From NCBI GenBank assembly GCA_964620955.1, contig CAZUKH010000001.1:190810-254809 (forward strand): 64,000 nucleotides of DNA, in the 5' to 3' direction. Under the pieces are notes generated by a model, which was not told the DNA's origin, did no database searches, and saw nothing but the letters and a program-made list of their open reading frames with translations. Made by a program: the position numbers and the translations under genes. The stretch comes from an uncultured Candidatus Saccharibacteria bacterium. Lineage in GTDB: Bacteria; Patescibacteriota; Dojkabacteria; J137. Positions 48,008 through 57,512 of the stretch are shown one piece after another (the stretch's first letter is position 1; every line of letters starts with the position of its first letter).

Positions 48008-49782
48008 ACACGATTTCACAACATTTACAAAGTATTTTAAAAGATATTGTTTTAAAGGAGTTTGGTGTACATGTTGAACCATCGTTAGAAAAGCCAAGGG
48101 ATCAAGCTTATGGTGATCTTTCTACTAATGTAGCAATGCAGATTGTAAAGAAGGTTAATGAAAAGGCAGAAGTGAAGATGAGTCCTCTAAAAATTGCTGA
48201 GAAGATTAAAGATGCTGTGAGTAAAAAGCTAGCAGAAGGCGACTCGAACATTGCCGCTGATGTAACAGTTGTGGCCCCTGGGTTTATAAACTTTAAGCTA
48301 GATGAATCAGTTTTTTCGGGAGTTTTAGAGGAGGTTTTGGAAAAAGGCGACAAGTTCGGGGCAGGAGAGGAATTAAAAGGCAAGAAAATTATGGTGGAGT
48401 TTGCTCACCCAAACCCTTTCAAAAGTTTTCATATTGGTCATTTACGAAATATCATTTTAGGAGAGTCCCTGGTCAGACTTATAGAATCTCAAGGAGCAGA
48501 AGTAATAAGAGTAAATTACCAAGGTGATGTTGGAATGCATATCGCAAAGTGTATTTGGGCCTTTAGAGCCATCTCTCCCGATTTATATCCAGTTACAGCA
48601 GATGAGAAGGTTAAACTTCTTGGAGAATCTTATACCAAAGGGGCTGCAGCATACGAAGAAAGTGAACTGGCTAAGTTGGAGATAAGAGAAATTAATAAAA
48701 AAATCTACTCAAGAGAAGACGAGGAGATCAACAAGCTCTGGAAAATAGGAAGGAGATGGAGTTTAGAGAAATTTCATGAAATATACAAACGTGTGGATTC
48801 AACCTTCCATAGAGAATACATGGAAACAGAAGTGATGGAGCTTGGGGTAAAAAAAGTTGCCGAAGCGAAAGAAAAGGGTGTTTTAAAAGAGAGTGAAGGA
48901 GCAATAATTTTTGATGGAAAGGGTTACGGATTAGATACAAGAGTTTTTTTAAATCGTGAGGGTTTGCCAACTTATGAAGGAAAAGAGCTAGGACTTGCTT
49001 TTATGGAGTTTACAGATTTTGGTGAAATAGATTTGTGTATTCATAACGTGGCAGTCGAACAAATAAGTTTTTTTAAAGTTACATTCAAAGTTCAGGAATT
49101 ATTAAATCCAGGCTTATTTAAGGGTAAGCAATATCACAATGCATATGAATTTGTAGGCTTGAAATCAGGTAAGATGTCTTCTCGAAGGGGAAATGTGGTC
49201 TTGGGCAATGATATTTTAAATGAGGCTAGAGACAAGATAAAAAAAGAGAGGGTTGTCTCTGAAGAGATTGCTGAAAAAGTTGGATTGGCAGCTGTTAAAT
49301 ACTCATTTTTGAGAGTTAGTCCTAAAACTTATTTGGCTTTTTCTATGGAAGAAAGTTTGAATTTCGAAGGCGATTCCGGGCCATATATTCTATACACATA
49401 CGCAAGGGCTATGTCTGTTATTAATAAGAAAGCAGCAAGCAGCTGGCAGCAGTCAGAAGGCAGCAAAAAGCAAGTAGATGGTAAAAACTCGAAGTTAGAA
49501 ATTCGAATAGAGAAGGCACATGAAGAGCTTGAAGTACTTAAAAAGATTTCAGAATTTCCTGAAGTAGTTAAGAAAGCTGCAACCGACTACGCACCTAACT
49601 ATGTATGTGCATATGTGTACGAATTGTGTCAAAAATTTAATCACTTTTATAACAGCATTTCTATTCTTAATGGTGAAGATGATAATACTAAGTACTTTAG
49701 AGTGGCATTAACGAGGGCAACAGCGCAGGTAATAAAAAATGCTCTAAGATTACTTGGTATTAATACTGTTGAAAAAATGTAA
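48004..49782 (+). CDS. argS: Arginine--tRNA ligase
   Basis: YGDLSTN, PGFINF, EFAHPNPFKSFHIGHLRN, KMSSRRGN, FEGDSGPYILYTYAR, C-terminal VEKM. Confidence 0.97.
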   Translation: MNTISQHLQSILKDIVLKEFGVHVEPSLEKPRDQAYGDLSTNVAMQIVKKVNEKAEVKMSPLKIAEKIKDAVSKKLAEGDSNIAADVTVVAPGFINFKLDESVFSGVLEEVLEKGDKFGAGEELKGKKIMVEFAHPNPFKSFHIGHLRNIILGESLVRLIESQGAEVIRVNYQGDVGMHIAKCIWAFRAISPDLYPVTADEKVKLLGESYTKGAAAYEESELAKLEIREINKKIYSREDEEINKLWKIGRRWSLEKFHEIYKRVDSTFHREYMETEVMELGVKKVAEAKEKGVLKESEGAIIFDGKGYGLDTRVFLNREGLPTYEGKELGLAFMEFTDFGEIDLCIHNVAVEQISFFKVTFKVQELLNPGLFKGKQYHNAYEFVGLKSGKMSSRRGNVVLGNDILNEARDKIKKERVVSEEIAEKVGLAAVKYSFLRVSPKTYLAFSMEESLNFEGDSGPYILYTYARAMSVINKKAASSWQQSEGSKKQVDGKNSKLEIRIEKAHEELEVLKKISEFPEVVKKAATDYAPNYVCAYVYELCQKFNHFYNSISILNGEDDNTKYFRVALTRATAQVIKNALRLLGINTVEKM

Positions 49783-49787
49783 TAGCT

Positions 49788-50348
49788 TTACAAGTAAGTT
49801 CGTGGAGTTATTGCAATTGCAACAATACTTATAAAACATAAAAGGGCCATTACAAAAAACAACAAATCAAAGCCCGATGTTACAACTAAAGCTCCACCAA
49901 TTAGTGCCCCTATAGCTGATACTAAGTAATTCATTGTTTCCCAAGTGCCCCAGGCAGTACCTTCATGGCCTTTCTTAACATGATGAGAGTAGAGTGCATC
50001 ATGAGCGGGAAGGGAAACTGCATCTCCAAAACCTAAAATAATTTGAATTAATATTACCTCTTCTGTCGTTTTTGCAAATACTAGCAAAATATAGCCGAAG
50101 AAGATCATAAAGTAGCCTAGTAATAAAACGTATTCTTGCTCTTTAATTTTATCGGTAATTTTCCCGGTTATAAAGCTTGTTACTGCTGCTACTGTTGCAA
50201 ATACAGCAAACGTAACGCTTGCATCAAACAAGTTTCCGCCTTTGTCTTCAACAAAAATCGCAAATATTGGTCCAAGCATTGCTGCACAAAGCATTACAAG
50301 CCCTTGGGCTGAGAGTAAAAGTGTTAGCGGTGATAAAAATGATTTCAA
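49788..50348 (-). CDS. Half-size MFS-type transporter (about 6 TM)
   Basis: GKITDKI (MFS motif A), six hydrophobic segments, only 186 aa. Confidence 0.75.
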   Translation of the reverse strand: MKSFLSPLTLLLSAQGLVMLCAAMLGPIFAIFVEDKGGNLFDASVTFAVFATVAAVTSFITGKITDKIKEQEYVLLLGYFMIFFGYILLVFAKTTEEVILIQIILGFGDAVSLPAHDALYSHHVKKGHEGTAWGTWETMNYLVSAIGALIGGALVVTSGFDLLFFVMALLCFISIVAIAITPRTYL

Positions 50349-50406
50349 CTTAGATTTATGTTACCTAAACAAGATAAGCTAAATCTTAAATGATTTCAAA
50401 GGGGCT

Positions 50407-50494
50407 CGGAGAGTGAGGGGTTCGAACCCTCGTGACGCTTGCGCATCCAGCCGTTTTCGAGACGGAGCCGTTATGACCGCTTCGGTAACTCTCC
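50407..50494 (-). tRNA. tRNA-Ser(CGA)
   Basis: GGAGAGT/ACTCTCC acceptor, D-loop GG, anticodon loop CTCGAAA, long variable arm, GAGGGTTCGAACCCCTC T-arm, discriminator G; CCA not encoded. Confidence 0.93.
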
Positions 50495-50767
50495 ATTTAT
50501 AGTATCGAACATGTTCTTTAGTAAGAACTGTATTCGTTCACGACCCTTTCCAGCTTTCAGGAAGCTTTCTTCCTTTTGAGCATCAAGTTTAACAACAAAG
50601 CCTCGTATATAGACCACTCCATATGGTAAACCCTTGGCGGTAAATGGAACAAGGCCTGAGCTGTGTTGAGACAGCCTTCTTTTAAAATTTACCGTAAGAA
50701 CAGTATAAAACGTTTTTAATTTATGATTATATAAAATATATGCATACTCCTTAAGAGATTTTAACAT
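50471..50767 (-). CDS. Small GIY-YIG nuclease, possibly degenerate; stop codon lies inside tRNA-Ser
   Basis: YAYILY...FYTVLT (Gly of YxG replaced by Val), RRLSQH, AQKEESFLKAGKGRE. Confidence 0.6.
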   Translation of the reverse strand: MLKSLKEYAYILYNHKLKTFYTVLTVNFKRRLSQHSSGLVPFTAKGLPYGVVYIRGFVVKLDAQKEESFLKAGKGRERIQFLLKNMFDTINGELPKRS

Positions 50768-50952
50768 GTGGTTTATATGGTAATGAAAAACTGAGCTTTA
50801 ACCACAAGGTTTATAACCCCATATGATAATAAAGGACATAACTCAAGCTACCCTACAAGTAAGTATTAAAACTTGCGGTTGGTATTTTTGTATCATTAAC
50901 TATACAATTTTAACCTAGTTTCGTTTATTCAAATTTGCAAAAGGACTGCATT

Positions 50953-51630
50953 TTATTTATCCTCGCACAAATTAATTAAGTTGTTTATAAATTCATTTAT
51001 ATTTTTTCTTTCAGTAAAGAGTTTTTTTGCTTTCGGAATAAGCTTTTGGTGATCTTTATATGGAATTTCTCCAACATGACTCTGTAAAGGAAGAAATACA
51101 CCTTGAGATAAAACAACATTATTAAAGACCTCGGATGCACTCCAGTAGGGTTCTAAGTCAATACTATTGATATTAAGATTTAAGCTTATATACTCGCTGA
51201 AGTAAAAATGCATAATTTCGTGCATATACATGCTTTCGACATTTTTTTCATTAATGTATGGGTTGAAAGTTTTTGATTTTATGTTTCTTGGATTTAGTTC
51301 AACTAAAGAAGGGAAAGATGTAATCATAAAGTCATTAAATTCGTATTTAAATAATTTTCTTACTGCATCGATAAAACTGTTTTCCACCAGTCCCCATACT
51401 ATAGATGCTTTATTAGAATACTCTTTCAAATTTTCTAAATTGGACTTAAAAGCTTCTTCAGTAGCATTTAGTATTTCTTCCCAGCCTGAGTCACTTCGAA
51501 GATTAGCATATGTCTTAGTTATTCTTGATGCAAACTCATTACCACCCTTTAAGGTATCAAACTTTAAAAAACCATATATCATTACGGCTTCATCATATAC
51601 AGATATTTTATGTTTCAGGTTAATCTTCAT
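50953..51630 (-). CDS. Hypothetical protein with HExxH zincin-like motif
   Basis: MHEIMHFYF followed by SEVF (possible third ligand Glu). Confidence 0.6.
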   Translation of the reverse strand: MKINLKHKISVYDEAVMIYGFLKFDTLKGGNEFASRITKTYANLRSDSGWEEILNATEEAFKSNLENLKEYSNKASIVWGLVENSFIDAVRKLFKYEFNDFMITSFPSLVELNPRNIKSKTFNPYINEKNVESMYMHEIMHFYFSEYISLNLNINSIDLEPYWSASEVFNNVVLSQGVFLPLQSHVGEIPYKDHQKLIPKAKKLFTERKNINEFINNLINLCEDK

Positions 51631-51683
51631 ATTTAAATTTTAAAAGTTTACGTACTACAGCTTTGATTATTTGTAAACTCTAC

Positions 51684-51757
51684 TACGCTAGAGAGGACTC
51701 GAACCTCTAACCGCTTCCTCCGCAAGGAAGTGCTCTATCCAATTGAGCTACTAGCGC
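51684..51757 (-). tRNA. tRNA-Arg(GCG)
   Basis: GCGCTAG/CTAGCGT acceptor, GCTC-AATTGGATA-GAGC D-arm (A20), CTTCC-TTGCGGA-GGAAG anticodon arm, AGAGG-TTCGAGT-CCTCT T-arm; GGTATAAT promoter upstream. Confidence 0.93.
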
Positions 51758-51804
51758 TAGTTAATTGCGGTAATTATACCGCAGGTAGGAGTATTTAAGA
51801 TAAC

Positions 51805-52392
51805 TTAAATCTTTTTCTTTTCTTTCACATACTCCTCTTGGCTGGGAGTTTCATCCGGCAAAAAATATGAAATATCTATATATCTACCCCTTGTAAACCT
51901 AGCGAATATATTAAATCCAATTTCTGTCTTATCTCCGTAGTCTACATGCGGTATTAGTACAAAAAATATCTTTTCAAAATCTTCATTGGAACAAATGAGA
52001 GATAAAGACTGTGTTTTAGTTTGAGAGAGTTTTTTATTAATTACTTCAAGATTTAAATAAGTAATACCGGCATTATGTGAAAACCAGTAGTGTTTTATAT
52101 CTTTCCACTTATATAGTTTGTCGTATGCTTTAACCCCAATAGAAGTTATTTGAATGTCCATAACTTCGGGGGGCCTTACTGCCTGTACAAACCATAAAAA
52201 GGCAAAGGCTATAACAGCCATAATAAGCATAAACTCTGAAAGTATTGCCAGTATAAAAATAATTACTAAGAAAAATAACGAAAAGGTTACAAACCAAGCT
52301 TTTTCGCGCTTAATCCAGTATCGCTCGGGGGTTTCCCATTCGTACAAAACTTCAAAAGTTGAATCTATTTTCGTAAATAGTTTTTTTGGCAT
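51805..52392 (-). CDS. Hypothetical membrane protein (2 TM plus PH-like domain)
   Basis: WETPER...W, two TMs, ITSIGV...YKWKDIKHYW. Confidence 0.7.
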   Translation of the reverse strand: MPKKLFTKIDSTFEVLYEWETPERYWIKREKAWFVTFSLFFLVIIFILAILSEFMLIMAVIAFAFLWFVQAVRPPEVMDIQITSIGVKAYDKLYKWKDIKHYWFSHNAGITYLNLEVINKKLSQTKTQSLSLICSNEDFEKIFFVLIPHVDYGDKTEIGFNIFARFTRGRYIDISYFLPDETPSQEEYVKEKKKI

Positions 52393-52410
52393 ATGTTAAG
52401 TATACCTGAA

Positions 52411-54297
52411 TCATTTCTTAATATGTAACCTTCTTGCCCGACTAACTATTACTAGTGCTATGACTATCAAAAGAGGTAGCATCAAAATAATATTTCTCGT
52501 AATTTGGGATTCAACCCCAAAATTTATAAGTAATGTGTTTACTCCAGTTACCACAGCCGTAAGGTAAATACCTAGAGTCTTTATAACAAGCTGAACCCCT
52601 TTTGGGTCTTGGTAATTGCTAAGTACCTGTTCTTGAGTTTGCCCAGTAGATAAACCCTCAAGGCTACCTATAATGCTTATATCCATTCTTCTGTCTATTT
52701 GCCCTTGTAATTCGCCCACATAAGAAAGCTGGCTGGTACTTGGGGTATTTGGGTCTAATGACGCAACATGGGTTAGAAAGTGGTTTAAATCTCCCCCGAG
52801 TATTTCGTTGCCAAAATCTCCCCAGGTGGTATCAATTGATACCCATCTGTTTTGAGCAGGGTAGTAAACTTCTGCCCACTGATGATTAATATCGTTAGTT
52901 TCATTTACAATAAAGTCAAGAGATCCATACCCAAAACCGAATGCTGCCCGTGCTGGAATGCCTTGTGCTCTCAACAGGGCGATAAAAAGGTCTGAGTACT
53001 CCATACATACTGCCGCACTTCCTTTTAAAGTTGCCAACGCCCCCTGGCGTTCGTTAAGCCCGAATTTCTTTACAAAACTATAGTCTATTTTTTTAATAAC
53101 AAAGTCGTATGTGCTTTGAACAATTTCGAATATGTTTGTTTTATTGGCTTTGAGTAATTCGGCTTGTTTAAGCAATTCTAGGTTGTCGGATTCCCAGTAA
53201 ATAGCAGGCTGTAGGTAGTCACTCATTTGGCTAGGTATTATGTCAATATCACCCGAGTTTTTAATATCAAAAGTTAAATCACTTTCCAAAACTGCATAAC
53301 CTTCGATTAAAATTTTTTGATTAGCTGATGCAGAGTATCGATATTCAAACATGAGATTATTGTCTTTATCTGTGAAAACTTTAAATGGGGCTGGGCTAAT
53401 GTTTGTGAAATAAACTTTTTGGGTAATTCCACCAGTTTGTGTATCTCTTGGTACTGGAAGCACGGAGCTGTTGATTGCAGCAAAAAAACTTGAAGTAGAA
53501 GGAAGGTTTTTTTCTATTTTAAACTTAAAATATTGCTTTGTTCCAATTTGAACCCATGTGCTTTTACCTGAAAAACTTTCTTGTGAGATATCGAATTTAT
53601 AAAAAGTATCTAATTCTTCGTAGGTGTTTTTGGGTTGTGTAAAATTGATTGAGCCAAGGCTTTTGGGTATGTTTAAAACTGTTTTAACTATTTTTTGTGT
53701 AGTACTTGAATCTTCTAAATATCCTTCAGGAAATCCAGGAATATAAACATCTTTTACTGCTCCGGCTGTTTGCATCAACCCATAAGAGTTATATTGTAAG
53801 TTAAAGGTCTCACTTGTTTGGCTTGTTATTGTTTGTGGAATTATAATTTTTAGAATTTCATTGGAATTATCTGTTGGCTCAACTTTAAACGCTACGGGGT
53901 TACCTGACTTGTCTGTTAAAACAATTGATTCAATAGTTTTTTTCTTTTTTGTTTCATAACTGGGGTCTTCTTTTGCAGGGTGAAATATAGTGAATGATTC
54001 TTCAGCTCCTGCCGGCACTTGGAAAAGAGGGCTAATTATTGAAGTTGTTTTTGATTCTGTAACTTTTACAAAATCTTCCGAAACCTCGAAATTTCTGTTG
54101 TGCTCGGAAAGGATTATTGCGGCACTAACGGTTGTTTTTAACTTTATTAATAACAATGCTATAAGCGCTAATATTAAAATGCTAATCTTTAGTTTTAGCA
54201 ATAATCCAGTCACGTTATGGTTGAAGATTAGTTTATTTAGTCTTGGCTCTTGTTTATAGGCTTGTGGGGTTTGACAACGCAACAATAAATTATACAT
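52411..54297 (-). CDS. Membrane-anchored transglutaminase-like protein
   Basis: AVCMEYSDLFIALLRAQGIPAR (Cys), HQWAEVY (His), IDTTW (Asp); N- and C-terminal TMs. Confidence 0.88.
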   Translation of the reverse strand: MYNLLLRCQTPQAYKQEPRLNKLIFNHNVTGLLLKLKISILILALIALLLIKLKTTVSAAIILSEHNRNFEVSEDFVKVTESKTTSIISPLFQVPAGAEESFTIFHPAKEDPSYETKKKKTIESIVLTDKSGNPVAFKVEPTDNSNEILKIIIPQTITSQTSETFNLQYNSYGLMQTAGAVKDVYIPGFPEGYLEDSSTTQKIVKTVLNIPKSLGSINFTQPKNTYEELDTFYKFDISQESFSGKSTWVQIGTKQYFKFKIEKNLPSTSSFFAAINSSVLPVPRDTQTGGITQKVYFTNISPAPFKVFTDKDNNLMFEYRYSASANQKILIEGYAVLESDLTFDIKNSGDIDIIPSQMSDYLQPAIYWESDNLELLKQAELLKANKTNIFEIVQSTYDFVIKKIDYSFVKKFGLNERQGALATLKGSAAVCMEYSDLFIALLRAQGIPARAAFGFGYGSLDFIVNETNDINHQWAEVYYPAQNRWVSIDTTWGDFGNEILGGDLNHFLTHVASLDPNTPSTSQLSYVGELQGQIDRRMDISIIGSLEGLSTGQTQEQVLSNYQDPKGVQLVIKTLGIYLTAVVTGVNTLLINFGVESQITRNIILMLPLLIVIALVIVSRARRLHIKK

Positions 54298-54365
54298 AAC
54301 ATGATTTTAGCAGATGAATAATTAAAAATATTATTTGTTTTTTAAACTTGCGTAAACTTAATTTA

Positions 54366-54728
54366 ATGAGCTATACTCCTTGCGTGAGCGAACAAACTAC
54401 TGCAATTGTAATGCCGGAAATTGACGCAGGTGGCAACCACAAAATTGAAACGGTGCAAGGATGCCCTCCAGGCTGTCCCTTCCTTCAACATCATCCTTAC
54501 CATGGAGGGCTTTGTAAAGCTTCGGAACTTTTAAATAATGGACCAACTAAAGCTTCAAACGGATCAGGTGAAACTACACTTGATATTTTAAAAACATTTG
54601 CATTAACTAATGAGTGTCCAATGGGATTACGGGTTATGCCTGAAGGTAAGAGTTTTTTGAAAGTAAATTTTGGTGGTGAAACTTACCACCTCGGATTGCT
54701 AAAGCAGCGAGACCATTTAGAGTTTTAA
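54366..54728 (+). CDS. Hypothetical Cys-motif protein
   Basis: GCPPGCPF...C...CP pattern shared with the next ORF. Start set at ATG 54366, 7 nt after TAAACT (ORF track starts at 54348). Confidence 0.55.
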   Translation: MSYTPCVSEQTTAIVMPEIDAGGNHKIETVQGCPPGCPFLQHHPYHGGLCKASELLNNGPTKASNGSGETTLDILKTFALTNECPMGLRVMPEGKSFLKVNFGGETYHLGLLKQRDHLEF

Positions 54729-54736
54729 TAAATACT

Positions 54737-55207
54737 ATGGCTAATCAAGATGATCCATTAATTGTTGACGCCGTACTTAACTATGTACCTAGTGGTTTCA
54801 AATTACAAGAAACCATCACTTACTACCCACATGGTTGCTTGAATTGTCCTTTTCACCAAATAAGAGCTGAAATTGATAATTTTGCTGGACACCCTATATA
54901 TGTGATTTCAGCTTGCACTCTTGGTGAAGCAATAGAACAATCTGCAACAAGACATCAAGGCGACTTTAACCCTGGAGAAGATGTCGAAATAATTCTGCTT
55001 GCTATTGCCGATCTTCTTGGCAGCCCAGGGAAGCTTGTAGTTTTGGAGCAATGCCCTTCAGAGATATCAATGTTGCGTGCATATCACCCAGTAAAATTTG
55101 GAAACCAGCACCTTTTTATATTATTCCCGGTTTCAGCCGACGCCGGTGCCGAGTTTTCAAAAACCCCTCACTTAGTTTTTGCTTTTGAGCTTCCAAGCGA
55201 GAGCTAA
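54737..55207 (+). CDS. Hypothetical Cys-motif protein
   Basis: GCLNCPF...C...CP pattern; 8 nt after the previous ORF. Confidence 0.55.
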   Translation: MANQDDPLIVDAVLNYVPSGFKLQETITYYPHGCLNCPFHQIRAEIDNFAGHPIYVISACTLGEAIEQSATRHQGDFNPGEDVEIILLAIADLLGSPGKLVVLEQCPSEISMLRAYHPVKFGNQHLFILFPVSADAGAEFSKTPHLVFAFELPSES

Positions 55208-55314
55208 TAGTTAAAGATATTAGATAATCTAATATCTTTTTGCTTTTAGTTTTCCCTTTTTACTTTCTTCCTCTTTTAGTAACCTTTAAAAGTATTCATG
55301 TTAAACTGTTTAAT

Positions 55315-57462
55315 ATGTTAAATCTTACAGACTTTAACCCACAACAAAAGGAAGCAATCGAAACAACCGAAGGGCCTTTGCTTGTGCTGGCAGGGGCTGG
55401 TTCAGGAAAAACTCGCGTTTTAACTCATAGAATAGCTTATATTTTAGATACTGGACTCGCTAACCCTGAAAATATACTTGCAGTTACATTTACCAATAAA
55501 GCTGCAGGTGAAATGAAACAAAGAATAGCAACCATTTTGACAAGCCAACAAAGTGAAGTTAGAACAAATAAGTATAAGTTACAAGTTCCTAGCTGGGTAG
55601 GAACATTTCACTCAATAGGAGTAAGAATTCTAAAGCTTTATGGAGAGCAAGTAGGGGTTGGCACTAACTTTTCAATTTATGATTCCTCTGATCAAACAAT
55701 GCTGGTTAAAGAGTCAATGAAAGATTTAGATATTTCTACAAAAGAAGTCAACCCCAATGCTGTTCATCACTATATTTCTTCGGCAAAAAATGAGCTAATT
55801 AGCCCGTTGGACTATCAATCTTATGCCCAGGGCTATTTTCAACAAATTGTTGCAGATGTTTACGCAGTATATGAAAAAAAACTTAGAGAAAATAACGCTG
55901 TTGACTTTGATGATTTAATATTATTAATGATTAAACTTTTTGAACAAAACTCTGTAGTACTCTCAAACTTTCAGGAGCAATTTTTATATATACTTGTTGA
56001 TGAGTATCAAGATACCAACCATGCACAATATCAGCTAATCAAGATGTTGTCTCAAAAACATAAAAATATTTGTGCTGTAGGAGATGATGATCAAAGCATT
56101 TATTCATTTAGAGGTGCAAATATAAAAAATATTTTAAATTTTGAAAGAGGTTACCCAAATTGCACAATTATTAAACTTGAGCAAAACTATCGCTCTACCA
56201 AAACGATTCTTGAGGCTTCTTACAATGTAATTAGCAAAAATAAACAAAGAAAAGATAAAAAGCTTTGGACAAATAATACCTCTGGGTCAAAAATATTAGT
56301 TTATACAGCAAGAGATGAAAAAGATGAGGGCAGATGGGTAGTCGATAAAATAAAAGAAGAGCAGAGTAAAGGTGTAAGCTTTAATGATTTTGCGGTGCTT
56401 TATCGAACAAATGCTCAATCGAGAGCGCTTGAAGAAGCTTTTATTAACTCAGCAACTCCATACAATATTGTTGGTGGTGTTAGATTTTATGAAAGAAAGG
56501 AAATTAAAGATGTACTTGCATACCTTAAGTTGCTTGTAAATGGGAAAGATAGAACAAGCTTTGAAAGAGTAATAAACGTTCCAAGGCGTGGCATTGGGCC
56601 GAAAGCTGTAGAAGAAATATATGTGGTAGCTAAAAGAAATGGCATAAACCCTGTGGAAGTTATTAAAGAAGGAAAAATGCATGACATAACTAATGCAAAA
56701 GTTATTCAATTTGGAGAATTACTTACCAGGCTTGTTAATAAGATGGATAGTATGAATCTTATCGAATTTATAAATTACCTGTTGGAATCAACAGGTTATA
56801 TAAAAATGCTTGAAGATGGTTCAGCTGAAAATGAAGCTAGAATTGAAAATATTAAGGAGCTTATAACCGTTGCCTCTAAGTTTGCTGACTTAGAAATTAA
56901 AGAAGCCTTAGAGTTATTTTTAGAGGAAGTATCGTTACTAGAGGGCGCAGTTGAAAACGTGAACCAAAACGAAAAAGTTACACTTATGACAATTCACGCT
57001 GCAAAAGGGTTGGAATTTCCGCACGTTTTTGTGGTTGGCGTTGAAGAAAACCTTTTCCCACATGCAAATTCTGCGGTTGATGAAAAAGAACTTGAAGAAG
57101 AAAGAAGGCTTGCCTATGTTGCAATAACAAGGGCCAAGCAAAACCTTTACCTTACGCATGCAGCAAATAGAATGTATTTCGGAAAACCATCTGCAAACAG
57201 GGCTTCACGATTTCTTGAAGATATAAGTACAGATTTGATTCAAGTTGAAGGGGTTGTTGATTCTGCATTCAACTTTAATCATTTTGATATAGAAGAGAGT
57301 GATTACCATATAGATTTGAAACCTGGTGACAGGGTTAAACATGAGTATTTTGGACAAGGAGTAGTCAAATCCATTGATGACGAGGTAATCATAGTAGATT
57401 TCGGAGCATCTTATGGCCTAAAAGAACTTATGATTGAGTATGCGAAGCTAAGTAAAAACTAA
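55315..57462 (+). CDS. pcrA: ATP-dependent DNA helicase PcrA/UvrD
   Basis: AGAGSGKTRVLT, TFTNKAA, DEYQDTN, GDDDQSIY, LEQNYRS, TIHAAKGLEF, EERRLAYVAITRA, C-terminal Tudor-like domain; start set at ATG 55315. Confidence 0.96.
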   Translation: MLNLTDFNPQQKEAIETTEGPLLVLAGAGSGKTRVLTHRIAYILDTGLANPENILAVTFTNKAAGEMKQRIATILTSQQSEVRTNKYKLQVPSWVGTFHSIGVRILKLYGEQVGVGTNFSIYDSSDQTMLVKESMKDLDISTKEVNPNAVHHYISSAKNELISPLDYQSYAQGYFQQIVADVYAVYEKKLRENNAVDFDDLILLMIKLFEQNSVVLSNFQEQFLYILVDEYQDTNHAQYQLIKMLSQKHKNICAVGDDDQSIYSFRGANIKNILNFERGYPNCTIIKLEQNYRSTKTILEASYNVISKNKQRKDKKLWTNNTSGSKILVYTARDEKDEGRWVVDKIKEEQSKGVSFNDFAVLYRTNAQSRALEEAFINSATPYNIVGGVRFYERKEIKDVLAYLKLLVNGKDRTSFERVINVPRRGIGPKAVEEIYVVAKRNGINPVEVIKEGKMHDITNAKVIQFGELLTRLVNKMDSMNLIEFINYLLESTGYIKMLEDGSAENEARIENIKELITVASKFADLEIKEALELFLEEVSLLEGAVENVNQNEKVTLMTIHAAKGLEFPHVFVVGVEENLFPHANSAVDEKELEEERRLAYVAITRAKQNLYLTHAANRMYFGKPSANRASRFLEDISTDLIQVEGVVDSAFNFNHFDIEESDYHIDLKPGDRVKHEYFGQGVVKSIDDEVIIVDFGASYGLKELMIEYAKLSKN

Positions 57463-57492
57463 TAACTAAAAACAAAAAACTTTAGAAGCCAG
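57451..57492 (+). repeat. A-rich 7-nt-period degenerate repeat tract upstream of the four-helix-bundle gene
   Basis: AGTAAAA ACTAATA ACTAAAA ACAAAAA ACTTTAG AAGCCAG. Confidence 0.55.
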
Positions 57493-57512
57493 AAAGTATG
57501 CTAAAATAGTAA

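Noticed and set aside
50407-50494. Selenocysteine or suppressor tRNA
   Set aside because: The anticodon is CGA with a normal 7-bp acceptor stem; this is an ordinary tRNA-Ser.
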